Origin: Felis catus
Taxonomy: Eukaryota
Assembly (NCBI RefSeq): GCF_018350175.1
Contig: NC_058368.1
Location: 238,640,001-238,704,000 of the forward strand
DNA: 64,000 nt
Direction of reading: 5' to 3'
The notes below the pieces were generated by a model. The model had not been told where the DNA came from and searched no databases. It was given only the letters and a program-made list of their open reading frames with translations. Position 1 is the first letter of the stretch. Each line of letters begins with the position of its first letter. The translations under genes were made by a program, and so were the position numbers. Below, piece by piece: positions 12,127 to 24,352 of this stretch.

Positions 12127-12316
12127 ATGTCCCAACGATTCATGGTGACCCCCGCGGCGAGCAGGGCGGGGCACGCGGGGCCCAGGCCCGAGGGCGGCGG
12201 CAACCATCTCCCCAGCCCCGGCCGGGCCGCGGACCTCGACCCCGCAGCCGCCCCCGAGTCGCCGAGGGTTGACGCGCTTCCCATCCTGCGCTACTGCCGC
12301 GAGCCGAGCCGCTACG
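12127..12316 (+). CDS. SLC12A7: SLC12A7 alternative upstream first coding exon (1a), MSQRFMVTPAAS...LPILRYCREPSRY(G)
   Basis: GCCACCATG Kozak; donor ACG|GTAGGT in phase 1, joining exon 2 in frame (G-DGNSRENSPF); the RFMVTP start resembles KCC3a/KCC2a N-termini. No transcript evidence is available here. Confidence 0.75.
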
Positions 12317-14468
12317 GTAGGTGCCGGCCCGCGGGGACGCCCACCGAGGGCGCCCGGCCACCTCGTCTGTGCGCCGGCCGGGGCTGCGGGAGCGCTGACG
12401 GAGCGCCGGCCTTGGGGACAGCCGCGGTGGCGGCGGCGTCAGCGCTGGGGTCGAGCTGGTGTGGCGCGTGCCCCGCGCGCTCCTCTGGGGACCGTGGCTG
12501 TGGCCCCGATGCCGCCTTTCTGCCCTGTCGTGCGCCCTGGAGGGCGGTGTGCGTCCCTGGGGCCATTGTCGGGGCGGGGGGTGGGGGCGGGGATTGACGG
12601 GTGATAGCTCCTGGCATCCTCTGACCTCGTTGCCTCCGGAGCGCGGAGCGTCCAGGGAAGTCACATTGGAGTGTGGAGGCCGAGTTGGGGCGCCTGGAGA
12701 GCGCCGGGGAAATGCTGGGCCCCTCCTCGGAGTGAAGACGGCCCAGGGTCAGGGAGGGTCAGGGAGGCCTGGGTCAGAGCTGTGTTTCTAGAACCCCACG
12801 GCCCTCTGGTCAGTCCCTAGGCTTGTGTCCTCTTCCCCGTGGGCCCCGCACTCCCTCGCCTTTAATCATCTAGCCCGTACCAGCGACTTTCCTTGGGTTT
12901 TGAGGGCGGTGCTGTGCCGGCGTCGCGAAGTGCTACCGAGCCCCCGGGTGGTCCCGGCTCTGCCGTAGGTGTGTTGGGGTGTACGGACAGGGCCCCTCCT
13001 GGCAGCCCACAGCCCTGGGTGGGGGAGGGGGCAGAGGGGGAGGACAGGCCTTGCCCTCCAGCCTCAGGCCGCTCCTGGGGGCACCCAGCCCTGCTGGACT
13101 GCGTGGCCTCCACCTCTGGGCTGATGTCCGAACGACCTGCGGCTTCTCAGGTGCCGGGTCTGAGGTTTCCTGCAGGTCAATGGGGGTCCGTGGGCTTCTG
13201 GGCAGAAGGGCCTCAGTCCGGCCCCCAGCGGGGAGGATATTACAGGAGAGCCTGGCCTGCGCTCACGGTGAGGACCAGCTCCAAGCAGAGAGCGGAGATT
13301 TCAGATTCTTTCCCAGCAAGGCCTTTGTTGACTTGGGACCTTTAACGTTAGGATGAGACCCGAGCGGGCGGCCCTCGGGAGTGACGGGCACTCCGTGTGC
13401 ACACAGGTTGCAGATGCCCTCTCTTGAGACCGAGACCCCCGAGACCCTGGCGGTAGGACACGTGGTGGGCGCTGGGGTGTGTCTCCATCAGGGGTCGCCA
13501 TGACACTTGTCACTCTGGTGGCCGCGGGTTCTCAGGTCCCGCTCCCTCCCTGTCAGCCTCTTACCCGGGGAGCCATTGTTTGGGCTCCTGCTGTGGGCCA
13601 GGCAGGGCCCTCCCCCACGGTTTCCCTGTTAACCCGGGAGCCCTCGGGAGCCCCGTCTTGTTTTCTCTGTGAGCAGTGACTCTGCTGTTCCTGTTCATCG
13701 GTTAGTAGGGGTCAGAGCTGCTAACTGTTTCTGGGGCCGCACTGTCCCTCTGTTCTGAGGGAAAAGGGAAATCGCCGTGACAGTTGAGGTCAGTAGAGAC
13801 CGGGGGACCTGGGACAGCACGAGTGAGGAAAGAGCCCCCCCCACTCCCACCCCCCCAGCAGCGGCAGGCAGCCTGCGGTGTGGCCTCTGAGAGAGCCCGG
13901 TCTCCACTCCCTGCCCCGGGGGACCCTGAGGCCCCGCCACGGTTTTCCCCACAGGAACTGGGGTCTTGGAGGCCGTGTGGCCAGAACGTAGACTCTCAGT
14001 GGGCACCGTCCTGCGTGGAGCTGTTCTGCCCAGCAGGGCCCAGGTCCCGCCACCCAGGGCAGGGACGTGGCCCCGGGTCAAACTGACCGTCCGCGTCCTC
14101 CCAGTACCTCACTGCCCCTTCTGGCCCCCTCTGCCCCTTGCCCTGGGTGGCCAGTATGCTGGCCGGTGCCCCTGGGGAGAGGGTCTGGTGCCAGACGTGC
14201 TCAGGTCAGCTTGTCCCTCTGCCCTTCCTCCGGCGACTGATACTGTTACCCTCACACTGACGCGGGAGAGGGCATTTCACCAGGGTCCTTGACGTGGTAG
14301 ATGGCAGGCAGGGGGCTGTTTGGGGCCAGGGACACCCGCCTGACCTTAGAATTCGCCCTCACACACCTCCCCCTCTTCCTGTGAGTCAGACCTCCCCCCT
14401 CCCCCCACCTGGGGGCTGAGCCACCCCCTCCACCCCCTCCGCCCACCTCAGCCCTCAGGCTCGGCAAC

Positions 14469-14510
14469 GGTTCTGAGCTCTGGTCCCCCGGTTCTGAGCT
14501 CTGGTCCCCC
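14469..14510. repeat. Perfect 21-bp tandem duplication
   Basis: GGTTCTGAGCTCTGGTCCCCC x2. Confidence 0.9.
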
Positions 14511-16521
14511 GGCTGACCCTGGGTCCACAATCGGGCTCCAGCGGCACCGTTGGGATCAAAGGATGGTGTGCTGTGCCCTCCCCGGGGGGGACAAAAGACC
14601 GATTATCTGACGCTGCCCATGACAATGTGCACTGAGCATAAAAAGCAACTCGGGTTTTCTGGTGTCGCCCTCCCACTTCTCCTTGTGACCCAGGGGAGCT
14701 TTCTGACCCTTGGAGGGTGGCAGCCTCCAGGCTCAGAGGCTCCCCAACTGCGTCAGTCACCGTCGTGCCCCCTGGAGCCGGAGCAGGAACCCGCCAGGCT
14801 GAGACTCCGACTTTGCCCTTAGACTGGCTCCCCTCCAGTGAGTTTGCCCTGGTGCACTTGTGCAGAACGGGCATGTCGGCGGGGTGTCCCTTCTCTCCGC
14901 CACGGGACAGGACAAAATCCCAGTCCTGGCGCCCCATCCCCGTGCCCCGGGCTCAGCCAGCCTTTCCCCGGTACACCCTGGCTCGCCGAGTCTCCTTAGC
15001 CTTCTGCGGGCGGCAGGGCTTTGTGTTGGGGCGGGAGCTGGGGTGAGAGACTTGCGGGCCCGCCCTTCCCCGCCCGGCCGCACGGCTGTTCCAGGCACAC
15101 CAGGCGGGAGAGTGTAACTGGGCAGTGACAGGGCCGCGGTACCAGAAGGTGAGGTGGCTGAATTGGGGCCGTGCCCCTGTTCCCAGGAAAGCTGTGGTGC
15201 CAGCTCCCGGCACAGTTCCTTTCTGGGATCGCACAGCGGCCCCACATCCAGAATGGAGACCCCGAGGCCATGGGACACCGCCCACAGCCGGAAGGGCAGG
15301 GAGACAGGGAGAGAGTGTCGGCCAGCAAAGTTGGCCTCGGGGAGGCACAGCCACAGGCCTGCCCCTCCAACCTAGGGCCACACTCCTCGGAGCTCAGCCT
15401 GGCTCCCCAGGGGCCAGACTCCCGTCAGCCACCTCCCTGTCTCCGGTCTGGACCGGTTTGCAGGTCTGGGGCCATCAGACAAAGGCCTGACGCTGAGAGT
15501 CTCTGGAGAGGTCATCCCACCCCACCACTCACCTCTGTGGGCTGCCCTGAGCCAGTGCTCCCGGGGGGGGGGGGCAGCCCAGGGCTTCCCCGAGTCAGGC
15601 GGACCCTCGCCCTAGCGTTTGCCCTCGGAGCCGGCAGAGGCCCGTTTCCCCCCGCGGCAAAGCTGACCTCTCTGTTTCTCTGAAGCTGATGTTGGGCGTT
15701 AGAGTCCTGCAGAGCCTCGGAAGGACAGCTGCAGGGTGTCGTGTGCGTTTGTGCATCTGCGTGTGTGTGTGTTGTGTGCGTGTGTCTGTGTCCGCGTCTG
15801 TGTGTTTTGGCTCTTGCTTGCTCAGGAGGAGGTGAGGGTTTGACCGCCCAGCCTTGCAAGGGCTCCGGGTGGAGCCGCGGGACGAGGCCGGGAGTGTGCT
15901 CGGGCACGCTGCTGGCCCAGCCTCTGCCAGGTGCTGGTCCCAGACACCGCTGTCCCCAGGGAACAGGCTCCCCAGGCCACCCTCTGGGCTGGGCCCTCTT
16001 CCTGGACCCCAGGAGAGCACACCTCCAGCCCCCGCCCCCAACCCCAGACGGCGCGTCTACACTTGGTGCAACTTCACAACTGGGTCATGGGTTTCTGCTC
16101 CAGGGACGTTTCAGGGGAAAGTCCCATTTCCCTGGCTGAACTTTCTCGTCGGGAAGGAGGCCTGGCGATGCCCTCAGCTGCCGGGGAAGGCAGGCTGAGC
16201 CGGAGCCCAGGGCGCGGGCTGCCTAGCTCTGGTGTCAGAGAACCCGCCACCCGCTGGGCACACTCTGTTTTCTCTTTACTTAAATATTTCATGGCGCGCG
16301 GCCGTCGCGTAGACCCGGGAGCCGCCTCCAGCTCTCAGGGAGCAGCGCTGCCCAGAGCACGCTCGGCTTTGTCACTGGCCAGAGAATTCTCACCTTGGTG
16401 GTTTCTCAGGGCATGTCGTCACTTCCCTCCTTTGCTACTTATGCCCAGTTTGGCTTCTCCGTGGGGTGGTGTCGTGGATTTGGAGACACCAATTCTCTTT
16501 AAACATCAAAAATTACATGAT

Positions 16522-16741
16522 GGGGCGCCTGGGAGGGGCTCAGTCGGTTAGGCATCTGGCTCTTGGTTTCAGCTCTGGTCATGATCTTATGGTTTGTGAA
16601 GTCGAGCCCCATGTCGAGCCCCATGTCAGGCTCTGTGCAGACAGCATGGAGCCTGCTTGGGACTCTCTCTCTCCGTCTCTCTCTGCCCCTCCCCTGCTCA
16701 CTCTCTCTGTCTCTCAAAATAAATAAATAAACTTTTTTTAA
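16522..16741 (+). mobile_element. Can-SINE with 14-bp TSD
   Basis: ggggcgcctgggaggggctcagtcggtta head, CT tract, aaaataaataaa tail; TSD AAAAATTACATGAT at 16508-16521 and 16742-16755; internal 12-bp duplication gtcgagccccat. Confidence 0.95.
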
Positions 16742-17079
16742 AAAAATTACATGATAAGTCTGTATTCAGTTAGCCACTATGCACACTCAAGTCTGTATTC
16801 AGTTAACCCACTAGGGGGCTGTGCAGGCAGGCCCAGGACCCCGGCGGGAGCCCCCATTCTGCCCAGGACCGCCCTGTGCACAGGGCCTTCCCCGGGCGCC
16901 CAGCTGCTCTGCCCTCGCCTCCCCTCCCACCCAGGCCTGTCCCCGTGAGCAAGGGCTCCGCCGTGCAAACGTGGGCTCGGGCTGGGGGTTCCACACGTGT
17001 GTCCAGGGATGTTGGCTAATACAAATATGTGGGGGGGGGGTGGCAAAAGGCAAGAGGCAGCTACAAGCACAGGGTTAAA

Positions 17080-18000
17080 ACATGCAAACATGCGTCAAAG
17101 GACACTATCCAAAGCACCCATAGAATGGGAGGCGATGTTTGCAGACGGTGTATCTGATGAGGGATTAATATCCAGAATATATGAAGAACTCTCACAACTG
17201 ACAACAGCAAAGAGCAGTTTAAACAATGAGGAGAAGCCTTGAACGGACTTTATAAGAATGTCCGGTAAGCACATGGAAAGAACGCTCAACATCACGGACC
17301 GTTAAGGACATCAACATCAAAATCACAAAAAGGTGCCGCCTCGCGCCCATTTGAATGGCTATGATACAAAAGAGAAAGAAGCAGGTGTTGGCGAGGCCGG
17401 GAGAAATCAGAACGCTGGGCGCCGCCGGTGGGGACCGAGACCGAGCACCTGCTATACAGTGTGGCGATTCCTCAAAACACTAAACACAGAGTGACCGTGT
17501 GGCGCGGGGACCCCGCTCCTGGCCACGCACCCGGAGCGTCTGAAAGCAGAGACTTGGACAGGTTCGTACGCCCAGGTTCATGGCAGACAAAAACGTGGAA
17601 ACAACCCAGATGTCTTGTCTAGGGAACAATGGGTGAGGAAGACACGGTCCCTCCACGCACAGGACTATTTGCAGCCCTGAGAAGGAGGGACATCCTGGCA
17701 CCTGCTACCACAGGGATGGACGTGGGGGACGGTGCCCTGGGAGCTGAGACACATGAGTGTCCACATGGGAGGTCCCGGGAGGAGTCCCAGGAGGGCCGGA
17801 CGGCGGGTGCGCCAGGCCCCAGGAGGGGCTGGAGAGGGAGTGTTTCACGGGGACAGAGTTCAGGAAGAGGGGCCGCCGTGGAGATGGCTGCCCAGCAGCT
17901 GAACCGTAAAGACCTTGGCTGCAAGGTTTTAGCTTCATGTTATATATATTTTACCGCAGTAAAAAAAAAAAAAAACAAAAACAAAAACAAAAAAAAAAAC
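17080..18000 (+). mobile_element. Old, degraded LINE-1 (L1M) 3' portion ending in an A-rich tail
   Basis: PIEWEAMFADGVSDEGLISRIYEELSQL resembles ORF2; gtggcgattcctcaaaacactaaacacagag and tggaaacaacccagatgtc; A-tail 17961-17999. Confidence 0.8.
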
Positions 18001-19229
18001 CTATGAGAAAAGCAAACCGGAGAGGAGGGTGAGAGGAAACCAAATTCATCCCCTCCCCCACCCGCCCCTTGCAGAGATGGGCTCCGGATTTCCGAGGAGA
18101 GGGGGAGGAGGCCTGAGAGGCAGCTTTGATTAAATCAATTCTAGCCAGCCAGCTCTCCCAGGGGTGAGCCCATTCTCATCTAAATTACTCTCTGCAAGGT
18201 GTGACCTCAGGACTTTGGCAGGAGATATTTTTGTGCAGGGACCTTCCTGTCTCAAGCAGCACCCAGGAGAGTTTGGCTTGCTGCCCTGTGGGGAGGAGCT
18301 GTGGGCCCGGGACGACCCCCCCCCAACTCCCGTACTGCCCTGCCCCCAGCCCGCTCCTCCAGAGACCAAGAAGGAGCCCTGGGCCCCGACCACCCAGTGG
18401 GGAAGCCCCCCAGCGCCACCCCGGACACATGGGGGACAGCACTCTTGGCCACGAGGCCCACAACCCCTCGCCCTGCTATCCTGAATGCCCCGAAGCAGGA
18501 GTTCTCTAGTTCTCCTCTGAAGGAAGGGCGGGTGCAGGGCACCGGGTGGTCTGCCTTTGGCTCAGCTTGGGTGGCCTGTCCTTAGAAATGAGGACAGCGG
18601 CTGCTGCCTGCACTTTCCCCTTCCAGATGCAGCACTTACTGGTTTTCGCCTCAGAGTTGGCCTTGCTAGGGATCAGGGACCCAGCTTCCTGCCGCTGGAG
18701 GAACCTGAGACCCCCCCCCCCCCCCACACACACACACACGAGACAGGCAGCCCCCCAGATGGCCCCCTGGGTTGTCGTGCTGTGTCTCAGCCACAGGCAG
18801 GGCGTGCGGGTGTGTGTGCATACTTGTGTGCGGTGTGCGTGTGTGCAGGTGTGCATGCATGCAGGCGTGTGTGCCCGAGTGTATGCGGGCATGTGTGCAG
18901 GGGTGTGTGCACGTGTGTGTGGGTGTGTGTGTACGTGTGAGGTCTCTCCTGCCTGCAGGGTGGGCGGCAGAGCTTTGCCTCCTGGTGGAGACTCCCGCAT
19001 GATGCCATCAGGAGCCGGGCAGACGCGGCCCCCAGTCCTCGCTGGGCACAGGGAGCCCGAGCCCTCCTTCCTGCAGCAGCCCCAGGCCTGGTGCCACCCC
19101 CAGTGGGCCGAGTGCGTGCTTCAGGGCATCAAGTGCTCTGAAAAGCCGTGATGCTCACTATAGGCACCTGGGGAAATGTGGAAACTTCCGTAGTTGGGGC
19201 CCACAGAGAAGTGGAACCAACAGGATGTG

Positions 19230-19601
19230 TGTATAGAGAGAAAGACAGGGATTTATTCTGACGAATTGGATTGTTCATGCAGCTGTGCCTTGGTGAGTCT
19301 GAAATCTTCAGGGTGGACAGCAGGCAGGAGACCCAAGGAAGGGCTGTCGTGCCCACAGGCCGTCTGCTGGCAGGAGTCCTTCCTGCCTGGGGAGGTCAGC
19401 TTCGGTTCTATGTAGGCCTTTGACTGATTAGACGAGGCCCACCCATGTCTGGAGGCGGGGGGACCGCTTTACTCAAAGCTCCCCACTTTCAGTGCTAATC
19501 TCATCCAAAAAGCATCTTCACAGAAACACCCAGAATAATGTGTGACCTAATAATCTGGGCACTGTGGCCCAGGCAAGTTGAGACATCGAATGAACCATCA
19601 C
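19230..19601 (-). mobile_element. MLT2-type ERVL LTR
   Basis: Ends ggcccaggcaagttgagacatcgaatgaaccatcaca, the reverse complement of the MLT2 5' end; also gactgattagacgaggcccacccat and ctttactcaaag. Confidence 0.8.
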
Positions 19602-21594
19602 AAGAATGGAAAGAAAAAGGCCTCAGAAATAGTCGCTACGAAAAAGCCTCTTCCAGGCCGCCTCTGTGTATCTGTGTGCACACGCACGTGTGTGCACACG
19701 GGGATGAATCGTGGTGCATATGCTCTTTCAAACTTTATCTCTTAACGGAAATGCTTTTTCGGAGCAAAAGTGCCTTCATTCTCTGGCCCTGAGTGTTGAA
19801 GGAAGCCCTCACAAAGCTTGAACAAGGAGGCTTCCAGCCCTCGGCGAGTCCACAGCAAAAGGCTACACGTTTATTTACCAGTCCTGTTAGGCGCTCTGGG
19901 TCCGTGCTCCGAGCCGTGCCCCAGAGCTGGTGACTCGCTCCTCTGTCATGCTTGTGGCCGACGCTGGTGTCACGGGGTCAGTTTCGAGTGGTTGGACACG
20001 TGCTTCGCGAGCTTCGGAGGCTCTGCTGGGATTCGGGGACTCGGAGAGGAGACAGCGTGGTTGCGTGGCTGCGTGGCCGCTCCGGAAAGGAGGGAAGGGC
20101 TGAGGGGGGGGGGGGTTGGAGGCGAGGGCCTGTTTTTCCCGTTCACGCGGATGGTCGCTTCAGAAGAGCACGGCAGCCACCCGCTGTGTCCCGTCCGTCC
20201 TGTTATCCGCCCCCCTCCCCCGACCCGCACACACACTGGACGGCAAGCTGCTGTGCTTGACGGACCTCCCTGGACGTCGTTCTGCGGGTGCCCGCGGGCG
20301 GTCTGTCTGCCCCTCGCCGTGTGGTTGGGCTGCACCCTCTTCTCTCTGTGGTTGGATTCGGGGGACGGTGCAGGTGGGACGGCCTGGCTGGAGACTATTT
20401 AGAGTCCGGACTGGAGTGGGGGACGCGGGGATTTCACTCGGTGGGGCCAGGTGGCTGGGGGTGCCCCGAGCATGACCAGGCGCCTCCCTCAGGTCGCTCA
20501 ACTCCCCTCGACTCCCCTCGGTGGGACCGCGGGTCCTTTCAGACACACTCTGTGAGGACAGTGTGCATGGAGCCTGGCCGCACTGCCTGAGCTCAGGGAG
20601 CAGGTTCAGGGCACTGTAGGCGGAAAAGCGGGACTGGGTGTGGGGGAGGACCCCAGGGAAAATCGACGGAGACCCAACATTTCTCCTGTTTTCGTTTGAG
20701 AAGAATGCCACGGAATGTTCTGAGCTCCAGAGGCTCCCCTTCCTGGGCTGTGGAGGACTCTGCCTTCCGGGAGGTGCTTTCCCTGGGGCACGGCGGTCAC
20801 ACACGGGCTCTCTCCCGACTGCACGCCCCCGCGTCTGGCACAGGACGGGGCCTCCCTCTGCCCCTTCGTGGCCTTGCCGAGCACGCGCACGGGACGCAGC
20901 GCCACGCCGAGGCGGGGACGGGCCGAGTGGAGTCCCTGTTACTGTCCTCCTGCCCACCTGCTTTTGTGTGTTCTGAGCTCTGCACGCGTGGCCCAACGAG
21001 CAGAAGCCACCAGAAGAGCTGGGGGGGTGGGGGGCGTGTGGAGGCCCCTCCCGGCCGGGCGTCCACTGCTGGGGGTTGGTATTCTGGGCAGGGAGCTCAG
21101 GGAGGGGAACAGAGGAGAGGGAGGGAGGAGGGCGGGGACCGCGGGAGGCAGACGGTGATCACCCTCCCCCGGTTGAGCTCTCGGGGGCCTCGTGAGGGGC
21201 CCACCCTCATCCTCGGGGGCGGCAGGGCCCAGGGGCGGGCGGGGCGGTGAGGCCGAGTGGCGTGACTGTGGCCGCGCGGTGCGGGGAATGGCGGTCTCTC
21301 CAGGGTGACAGCGGCCGGCGGCTCCTGTGTGCCTCTGACCCAGCTCTCGGAGTCTCCTGACGGTGTCCACGGTAACGGTGCCCGAGACAAAACAGCTCGC
21401 TTCTCTCTCCCCGTGTGGTGCCCGAGAGCCATTCACTCGCCCGTCATTCTTTCCCGCCTTCGCTCCTTCCGCCCACCCTCGTGCCCGTCCTCCGGCCCGA
21501 GCTACCCGACAGGCGGCGGGCTCCCCGATGGCAGCCACCGGCCACAGGTGGCCGTGAACCTGTGGACTGTGGCTGGGGCCCACCTAAGAGCTGG

Positions 21595-21665
21595 ATTTAA
21601 ATTATTTACATTTTTAACTGATTTGAACTTAAACTTAACCAACCACACGTGCTGAGTGGCCGCGG
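21595..21665. mobile_element. MER3/MER33-like hAT-Charlie fragment
   Basis: AT-rich island ttaaattatttacatttttaactgatttgaacttaaacttaaccaaccacacgtgctgagtggc in GC-rich surroundings. Confidence 0.5.
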
Positions 21666-23949
21666 AACCGCAGGGCCGGGCCGGTGCGGAGGGCCCGGCC
21701 CAGCAGGACACGGACCAGACCCACAGCTCCAGAGCGTCTGCTCCAGGATTCAGACGATGGAGCTGGGGAGCAGGGAGGCGGGGCGGCGTTAGGGCTGAAC
21801 TGTGTCCCCACAAAATCCTCCAGCATGTGACCGCACTCGGAGAGGGTCCTTGAAGAGGAGGTTAACAGAGCCTTCCGCACGCCGAGGATACCGGCCTCAG
21901 GGGAAAGCGCCTTGCCCACGCCCGGCTCTCGGACTCTCAGCCTGTGTGCTGTCTACACCGCCAGCCTGTGCAGCCTGTGTCAGCTCAGCCTCCTTGGTGC
22001 CCCCGGTGGCTCCCCTGAGCAGTCTCCGCATTGTGGTCCATCGCGAGGGCACTGAGCCACAGCCAGCACAGGGATCCTGCGCCCTCCCCGGCCGGGGGCT
22101 CCTGGACTGCCTCACCTGGACCGAGGCACACGCCTGTCCCTGCAGCCTCCTCCCTGTGGCTCCCCTGCCCCTCCCCCGCAGGCCACCTGAGCCCTCCCCA
22201 GGGCCCCGGGCTCCTCCTCGCTGCCTCTTGTTGCCTGGAGACCCGAGTGTCCCCGTCCCCCTGGACTAGAGACAGAGTGGGGTGGCCGGCTGTGTTGCTG
22301 TGTCAGGCTTCCCTCGGGGGCTGCTGGAGGGGCTTGAGGGGAGCAGGTGACGCCACCAGGCCTGGGGCTGTTCCTGAGGGTCCTGGGGATGCAGACCAGT
22401 GGTTAGGGTCACCCCCAAGAGACTCCAGGGACACCCCCCACTGAGCCACCGGGAGGGAAAAAGCAGCCAAGATCAGGGGCTGCCTCCTGAGGAGAACGGC
22501 CTGTATGAGCTCACACAGGCTTGTGGCTCCCACCCCCGGGTGGGGGCTGTAGGGTCCTGTGGGTCTGGCTGCCCCCACCGTGGCCCGCAGGAAGTATGAA
22601 CCTGCTCGCACCCACACAGCTCTCTGCAGGGTTCCCTCCCACCCGTGGATCCAACCTGGGCCGAGTGACCGCCCTGAGCTCCCCAACCCAGTGTAGATGT
22701 GGGCTTGGAGTCCTCCCAGCTGAGAACTGTGCTTCTCGGGGGTCTTGTGAGGGTGGTTCCTGGGGGGTGCTGACCCACACAGGGAGGAGCGAGCCCCTCT
22801 GCCGACACCCCCCTGGGCCTGTCCCATGCCTTTGGTGCACTGAGACTCAAGGCTGTTCTGGGAGGCAGAGGGGCGGGCTGGTGGATTCTAGCACGTTCCA
22901 GCACGCTTAGCACCTGAGGCCGGTCTTCTCAGCCGATCACTTCTGGGACCGGTGGCCTGAGTCACACGCACCAGAACTGTGCTTTAGGGATGTGGAGAAA
23001 GCACTCTGGAAACCTCACCGCCCCCTCCCCCTGAGTGTTCGGAGGGCCAGCATGAGGTGCGCCCTCGGACACGGGGCAGAAGGAGCTCACAGAACCACGT
23101 AAAATGACGCTGCCCCGGGGAAAAGCAGGCTTGCTGCTGGGGTGTGTGTGTGTTTGGGGGGGGGTGACAGGGTTGTAGAAATGGCTGCCCAAGGGGTCAA
23201 GCAGGCCATGCTGTGGAGCCCCCTTTCCTCTGCGCCCACCCATCGGGACCACTTCTCTGAGATGAGCCACTCTCCTGGGTGGGCCAGGCGTCACTGCCTC
23301 TGCCCACTCAGAGCTCGGGGAGGGGACCTCCTGAGAATGAGGCTGCCTTCCCGCCCTGTCCACCCCCACCCCGTGCTGCCCTCGGCCCCTGCTTTGTGTG
23401 TGGGCCCACGCGTCACGGTCCCGGGGGACGGTGCTGTCACCAGCCCGGCTCCCCTCCACGGAGGACTTGCCAGGCCCCTGTGAAGGCCGGGGAAAGCACT
23501 CCTTCCCTCCTCCTGCCCGGGGCCCGGCCCACGAGGGTGAGGGTGAAGCCTGGCTTGTGGGGCCGTTGGGGGTCCCAGGATGCACCTGTTGCTGGCCTGA
23601 GCCCCTCCACCCCTGGCAGCCCTTCCAAGCTCAGGACCTCAGCTGTCCCCCTTTGAAAGGCCGGATGGTAGGTGGGGGTCCATAGGGACAGGGCACGGTT
23701 GGTCTCCTGCCCCGAAGCTGCTCCCTGAGGACACGTGTTTTATGACCGTGGCAGAAAGCCATGCGTTTTGGGTGAGTTAGTGGCAAGCAGACAGCCACCG
23801 GGGGGCCTGCCAGCCTGTCCCGCTGTCCGAGATGGTCCCACTGTGTGCCGAAGGCCACAGAGAAGCTTTGGGGTCTGCCCCTCCTGGAGCCCCCTCCCTG
23901 GGAACCAGAAACCTCCAAGTTTGGACCTTGTGTTGGTTTTGAGGCTAGC

Positions 23950-24352
23950 AGGGGGGCTGAATGATGGCCCCCAAAGGATACGTCTGTGTCCTAGCCCCTG
24001 GTGCCTGTGAATGGGCCTGGTTGGGAAAAGCGTCTCTGCAACGTGATTGAGTTAAGGATGTGGAGGTGAAGAGGTCATCCTGGGTTCTCTGGTGGCCTGA
24101 GTCCATAACCACTGTCCTTACAAGAGACACAGAGGAAGACACAGGCATGCACAGGAGAGACCACACGAGGAGGAGGCAGAGGTTGGAGGGCCAGGCCCTG
24201 AGGGAGAGGCAGGAGGGAGCCCCCCCACCCCGGGGCCTCCAGAGGGAGCACAGCTCTGTGACCCCTGGCTGTGGGACGTGTGGCTCCAGAGCCCTGAGAG
24301 CAGGCTCCCGTGTGTTAGACCCCGTATGTGGCTGGGTTCCAGCAGCCACGGG
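23950..24352 (+). mobile_element. MLT1-type MaLR LTR
   Basis: ggctgaatgatggcccccaaaggata...gtgattgagttaaggat...gtccttacaagag...ggagcacagctctgtgac...cagcagccac. Confidence 0.8.

Larger units (their letters stand above)
11640..12720 (+). promoter_or_regulatory. CpG island / promoter of the upstream SLC12A7 first exon (1a)
   Basis: Very high GC and CpG density, many CCCCGCCCC Sp/KLF boxes, surrounds a Kozak ATG and a splice donor. Confidence 0.8.
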
